Below, in pieces: positions 32,739-64,000 of a DNA stretch of 64,000 nt. Origin of the DNA: Chrysomallon squamiferum (Eukaryota > Animalia > Mollusca). The stretch spans positions 2,852,001 through 2,916,000 of the forward strand of contig CM022667.1 of the NCBI GenBank assembly GCA_012295275.1, given 5' to 3'. The position numbers were made by a program, and so were the translations under genes. A model generated the notes under the pieces. The model did not search any database, was not told the origin of the DNA, and saw only the letters and a list, made by a program, of their open reading frames with translations. Position 1 is the stretch's first letter. Every line of letters starts with the position of its first letter.

Positions 32739-33614
32739 TTTTTGTCTTTTTTGTTGTCACAGGTGTTGTTGCTACAGCGGTATTGTTAGTATTAATATTG
32801 TTAATTTTATTTTTATTAATAGTAATATTAGTAGCAGTGTTGTTGTTCTTGTTTTTAGTTACCTATCGATCTATCTGTCTACATAAATTTTCTATCTATT
32901 CTGACACACATAACGCGTCATTACTAATAAAAAATTTAAAAAAATTTTTTTTTTTTTTTTTGTGGTTGTTTTGTTGTTTATTTTTAAACAAATAATAATA
33001 ATAACAATAATAATAATAATAATAATAAGAAGAAGAAGAAGAAGAATAAAAAAGAACATATATTACATATAATTACCGTTAACAGAAATTGCATTAAAAT
33101 GTATTAATACAAATTAACTGATTAATTAATCTGCTGCGCACATTACATAATTACTTTACGTAATTTTTTGCAAGAAAATATTATTTACACGCTGCATAAG
33201 CATAACATTTTTTTAATGTTGATTGGAAGATATAAGCATTACGGGAACAAATAATTTTTCTAATACTAAATCTCTGAGTGACCGATATGGTAATTGCATA
33301 GTACATACCCTGCTACACAGGGTAATGTAAAACTATTCCATTCATCTGAACAAGACAAACGGTCAGAACCCACCCAGCTTAATGTTTGATCTACCTGACC
33401 CACTCACCTGTATACTATACATAGGTAATGCATCTTAATCCAGCTTGCGCTATCATTTGTTTGTTCTTCTCTTGTGGCAGCTGGCGAAATGTTAAATTAA
33501 TGAATTACTTACGTATTCAAGGATCAGCATGTCCGAGAGTATTAGTTAATACACTACCTTTTCATCATTAACATCTTGCCTCGCTCGTTCTTTCTCTTTC
33601 TCTCTCTCACACAC

Positions 33615-33663
<49 letters not shown>

Positions 33664-33676
33664 CCACCCACCCACA

Positions 33677-33761
<85 letters not shown>

Positions 33762-34687
33762 TCTTTCACTGTATCCTTGAGTGTGTCATTTATGTTTGTG
33801 TGTGTGTTCGTGTTTATGTGTAATAGGCTTCTTACTTTTTATTTTACTTTTCATTTGTTTATTAATTGTTTATTAATTATTGCACTTCCAAGGAAAATAT
33901 ATTTTTTTTAGCTTCAACATAGAATAATTATCTCCAGAATAAATTAGGTGCCGGAAAATCAATGCTGTCCACGAACTAATGGAAAAAAGAAATATAAAAA
34001 ATCTAAACGTTGCTTAAATATTGTAAAAATTATTTTTTATATATCTGAATCATCTTTCACTCTGCCAACAGAAATTACTTAATAATAATGATTCCAATAT
34101 TAAATCAATCAATAAATCAATAAGTCTTAGGGAAGAGTACAATAGTACGTACGTCAAACTTGAATATTAATCACTGAGGACGCTGAGTTCATGGAAAAGT
34201 ACTTTAGTCAAAACATAATATTTTTAGGGAGAAATAAAGAAATATACTAAACCGGTTTGGCATGACGAAACATACTGGCATTGCAGGTTGTTTTTAATTG
34301 CTTGGAATAGCTTTTATTTATTTATTTATTTATTTATTTATTATTTCGATATTTAATTACAGATGATAATAATTTTATATTTAAATTAATTATATAACTG
34401 AGTCAATAACTTTAAACAAATTTCTGATTAAGTCTTCTTCTTGTTTTTGTCGTTGTTGTTTTTTTCTTCTTCTTCTTCTTTAATGTCAAGGAACAATTTA
34501 TAATTGTGGAACTTTTTGTTCTCAGTTTTGTTATGGTTATCGGTCTTGATTTGGACTGGTACAACGTATCTCTTGTTTCGGTTTGATGCAAAATAAAGCG
34601 CATCGGTTATATAAAACAAGTTGATTGACAAATAGACACATGTTTTAGTTTCATGTATCGTGTGGCATCCTTATTAGTGTATAAAAT

Positions 34688-37369
<2,682 letters not shown>

Positions 37370-39419
37370 CTAAATTTAGGAATTTTTTATTTATACAAAT
37401 TTATATTTTAATGTGACAATATTTCATTATTATTATTATTTTATTTTATTTTTTTAAAAAAAAAAAAATTGTTTTTATAAAAAAAAATTTAAACCTGACT
37501 TTGCATTTTGAAAAATATGAGATATTAATGATGACTATAATTCATTTATTTGTTAAAATATTTTTAAATTCTTTATTATAAAGCAGTGAACTGTGTATGT
37601 ATGGGGATGGGCATGTGTGAGTGAGAAAGAGATAATAAGCATTAATTTATATAAGTCAGTTTGTAATTGTATATACAAACTGGTGCTATATTTACTGCCA
37701 TTAAATGAAAAATTTCCTGTTTTTGGTTTATCATTTTAACTTGAGAAGACTGCCTCATTTAATCATTTGAATAAACCATTTTGTATTCTGTAAGTGGTTG
37801 GACATACTAATATTTGTTATTGATGTGAATCTTATGTATTATAACATTTGGTTCCTTTTACACATATTTGTGCAATTTGTTATGTATTTCTTGAACTATT
37901 TAATCCCTTCAGATATTAAAATATTTATAAAATTAATTATTTAGTATTTTAAATCAACAGAGTTTTGTCTGTGAAATTCAAGAAACAAAAACAAAAATTT
38001 AATTTTTATTATAGTAAAATGTTTTATCGTTCTGAATCTGACAATTTGTTAATTAGGTGACCAAATTCTCATTTATTTATCTTCATAAGTTCATTATATT
38101 TTTTTTAAGTTATTAGGCCTTTCTAAAAATATCTTTCTTTACAGAAAGTAGTTGGATGTTAAATCACAGCTCACTGATTGTAGTCATGTGATGAGGTTTA
38201 TTGATAATTGTCTTAATGAATGTAGGCACATCATGACCTGAAGATTTTGTGTTCTGCTGGTGATCAAAGAATATCCATAACTGATTCTGATTATTTTATT
38301 TCAGGAAGATACTTTGTTTAAGTTTCAGTAATAATTGATTATGTCTACCTATGTTTCTTTGTTCTAAAATATTACAATTACTGTCTTTGTATACTGAGAC
38401 AGATGTAGTTGTTTTAAATTATTGTTTATTTATTGTATTACAGGGTATTTGTAATAAATCATAGGATTCAGTAAATAAATATGACATGACATGAAACACA
38501 TGTATGTACAATATATGAATATTATTAATAAATCATTTGATTGGCCTTCCTTGACATGATCTATATGTTAATAGAATGCATCATTGTGAGTAAAGAGGTT
38601 CTGCAATTCTTATTTGCATGAATATCAAAAATTAATCAATTTCTGTTCTGAAACTGTTAAAATGGTAATGCACTGCATTTGAATTACATATTTTCAACCT
38701 TCAGAAATGTTATATTAAATTAAATATATAAAAAGATATATATGGGAAAAGATTTTTAAAAGAAACAAACTATACCAACAAAAACACAGAGACAAATACT
38801 TATATTTTTTCTTTTTAGTATTATGAAAATGTTACTTATTTTGTATGTTATTAGATAGAGATCTGTTTCTTAATTGTTCCAGTTTTCAGCTGACATTCCT
38901 GATTAGACTAATCATAATACTCTACATGACATCTTAGGTCACAGATCAGTTCTGATATACTCACTTTTTTACCTGTTTTTTCCATTCCAGCTGTTACTCT
39001 GCATCTGATGTATCAAAAAAAGTTATATGGGAGTTCCGTTTTTTTCAAAAGTACCTGTGAAATGTGCCTTCTTGTTAATGAATAATATTCGATTGTGGAG
39101 TGATAGCAACATGTTTCTCTTATTACTGCCATTCATGTCTGTTTCACATTCTTAAAATACAAAAATGTAAATTGCATTATTAAACAAATATTGGCATGTT
39201 TTTCTTTAAAATGGAATAAATACCACTGACTTTCCCTCTCTCTGTTTTCTGTTAAAATAGTAAAAGCATATTATGGATTTGTTATATTAAATTTCTGTAT
39301 TCTGTAGTGAGTTAAGTGTGTGAATCACCATTTGATTTAAAATTATATATATACTAATCAACTGTATAATTTGTATAATTGTTGATCTAAAAATAAAGTG
39401 TGAAAAGAATTCAAGCTCT

Positions 39420-39635
39420 GTAACGGTCTAATGAGCAACCAGGGTATTTCATATTGACAATTTCCGGAAATACCCGATTCGGACCGAGTTTCTAATTAAT
39501 AAATCGAGGCAAAGAACGATAACCCTAATGACGTTCTTTTTACGTTGGGAAATGGCCGCTACCTGTATAGCACGTGTTTGTTTGTAAACATGATGACAGC
39601 TGGTAGTCGTTTATTGACTACTACACATTTTGGTC
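39420..39635 (+). promoter_or_regulatory. CpG-retaining promoter/5' UTR of HEATR3
   Basis: Local CpG-rich patch in otherwise CpG-poor DNA; ETS-like TTCCGGAA (~39462), YY1-like AAATGGC (~39550), E-box CACGTG (~39571). Confidence 0.45.
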
Positions 39636-48307
<8,672 letters not shown>

Positions 48308-49902
48308 CTGAATTTCAGTGTAACTTTCTGTTTTCTGATAGAGTAGAGTGGCACTATGCATTTTCTTCTTTGACCATTTTTTTTTTACTAAAGTCATTAA
48401 GAAAATACAAATGAGGGTTTCTGAAATAATTTTCACCAAAAAAAATTGATGAAATCATTGTGCATGACATTTTACCTAGATGTTACAAATGATTTATATT
48501 TTAATTCATTACATTTTAAAATTATGATGAGTAGTTTTAAGAAGAAAAAAAATAATAATGAACTTTTCAGTTGTTTTGATATAATGTATTGTTACTATGA
48601 ATGCTAAATCATTTTGATACATTTTGGCATTTTTGATTTTAAAATTATACTTGAATAAGTACTTATGTAGATATATACATAAATATTTTATTATTTTTTT
48701 TTTTAATACAGTAAAACAAACTGTCAGAATGTTAAGTGGTCAGCTGGTATTTCCTCCACTTTTATTAAGATACAAGCTTTTCATAATCATACACACACAT
48801 ACACATCCTAAACATAAACGAAACACATTTCTTCACAACTATTTTCAGTTAGCTTTAAAAAAAATCTTTTATCGAACTGAAGTCTAATATAAAAATTTAA
48901 AAACAGACATGGTTTTGAATGATCTACATTAAAATAAAAGATTACTTTTATATCTATTTGAAGATGTTGGACTTATTTATTTTTATTTTTTCTTACTTGT
49001 TCATTTTGTTTCCAAGTTCTTGTAGAATGAAACAGTATACATTTTGTTATGTTGTTAGTTAATAATTACTGTCAGTTGTGTGATAGTTGTTTATTATCTT
49101 GAGGCGGTCTTAATTTTACTGTCATTTAACAATAAACCTTTATTTTCCTGATAAATGCTAATGGGTAGATGGATTTAATTCAGTTACAAAACAAATTTAT
49201 AATTATTTATTGCACATATTTTTAAACAAAAACGTATATAATTTTAAACATATGTTAAATAGTACAAATAGTGATGTGGTAACTGATTAAAAAAAAAAAA
49301 AAAAAATTGACCATCAACTAACATTCAGTGTGACTAGGAAAATAATGTCCAATGTAATATAGAATACATGGATTACAAGTTTCACATATAGGTATAATAT
49401 ATGATTGAGCCTTAGCATATATTCTTGTTAACTGCACACACACACACTATAGAGATTGAGAGAAACCAGGGAGAACTGGCTTTTTTTTCTTTTTTGCTTT
49501 TTTTGACACGTGAAAATTTTCAGAAAAATTCATTCATGTCCTGAAAGATTATTCCAGTTTTTTAGTGTGTGAAAATTCAGTCCTTAAAAATCCATTTGTC
49601 TGGCACAAATTCTTTCAAAACCATATATCCAATTGCATTTTAAAACAATGTTGAGGTATACCAGTTCAAATCATTACAAACCAGAAATTAAGGTGTTAAA
49701 TATTATCAGAAATTAATATTATATTTTTTGTATTTCAGTTTAGCTGCAGCTATTTTAAGAGTTTCTCTTAGCTGCAGCTAGAACTTTTATGTACAATGTG
49801 ACTCAAGCTGCAGTCTTGTTTCCACAGTAACAGAGAATTCTTTTTCACACCTGTTTTAAAGTGTTGTTTTCATATTCTTTATTTTTAACACAGTTGCATG
49901 TC

Positions 49903-63670
<13,768 letters not shown>

Positions 63671-64000
63671 CTGACAAGAAAAATTCCAAAGTAGAAGATA
63701 TTTTTAATTTAAAAAGAAATCATTAACTTAGTTTTCTTCTCTGTTTTTTTTTTCTAATTCAGATAATTAATATCTAATTATTTACAGTATGAAAAAAAGT
63801 AGGTTTTTTTTCCTTTTTGTTTCTAATTATTGTGTTATTAAATATGTATCATAAAATAAAATAGCTGGATAGCCATTCTAAATCATTTGTTTATTCATTC
63901 AGAAAAACAATAGATCTGTGGGAGGGGTTTTATTTTAATTTTTAATTTTATGGCTGATTTACTTTTTCCTTTTTTCTTTTTTTTTTTTTGTCTAATATTT

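Overview
Eukaryotic (animal) genomic DNA: very AT-rich, intron-rich and full of microsatellites. Gene content and domain style suggest a lophotrochozoan, probably a mollusc (inference). Five spliced protein-coding genes can be rebuilt by hand from GT-AG junctions. (1) Minus strand, <1-13549: a large secreted modular protein (signal peptide, VWA, TSP1, three more VWA, two ShKT, two VWC-like modules, then a further ShKT-like start) that runs off the left edge. (2) Minus strand, 19538-24727: a small single-pass LDLa-domain membrane protein. (3) TMEM208, plus strand, 34688-37369. (4) HEATR3, plus strand, 39636-48307, with one frame-broken exon. (5) EXOC2/Sec5, minus strand, 49903->63670, 5' end outside the window. 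A degenerate hAT-Charlie-like MITE with an 8-bp TSD lies at 29244-29610. The most striking unexplained pattern is that intronic tandem repeats in three different genes are made of copies of the neighbouring exon-intron junction, giving arrays of duplicate donor or acceptor sites. One array is in frame and could give variable-length isoforms. Most ORFs in the supplied track are microsatellite or antisense artefacts.
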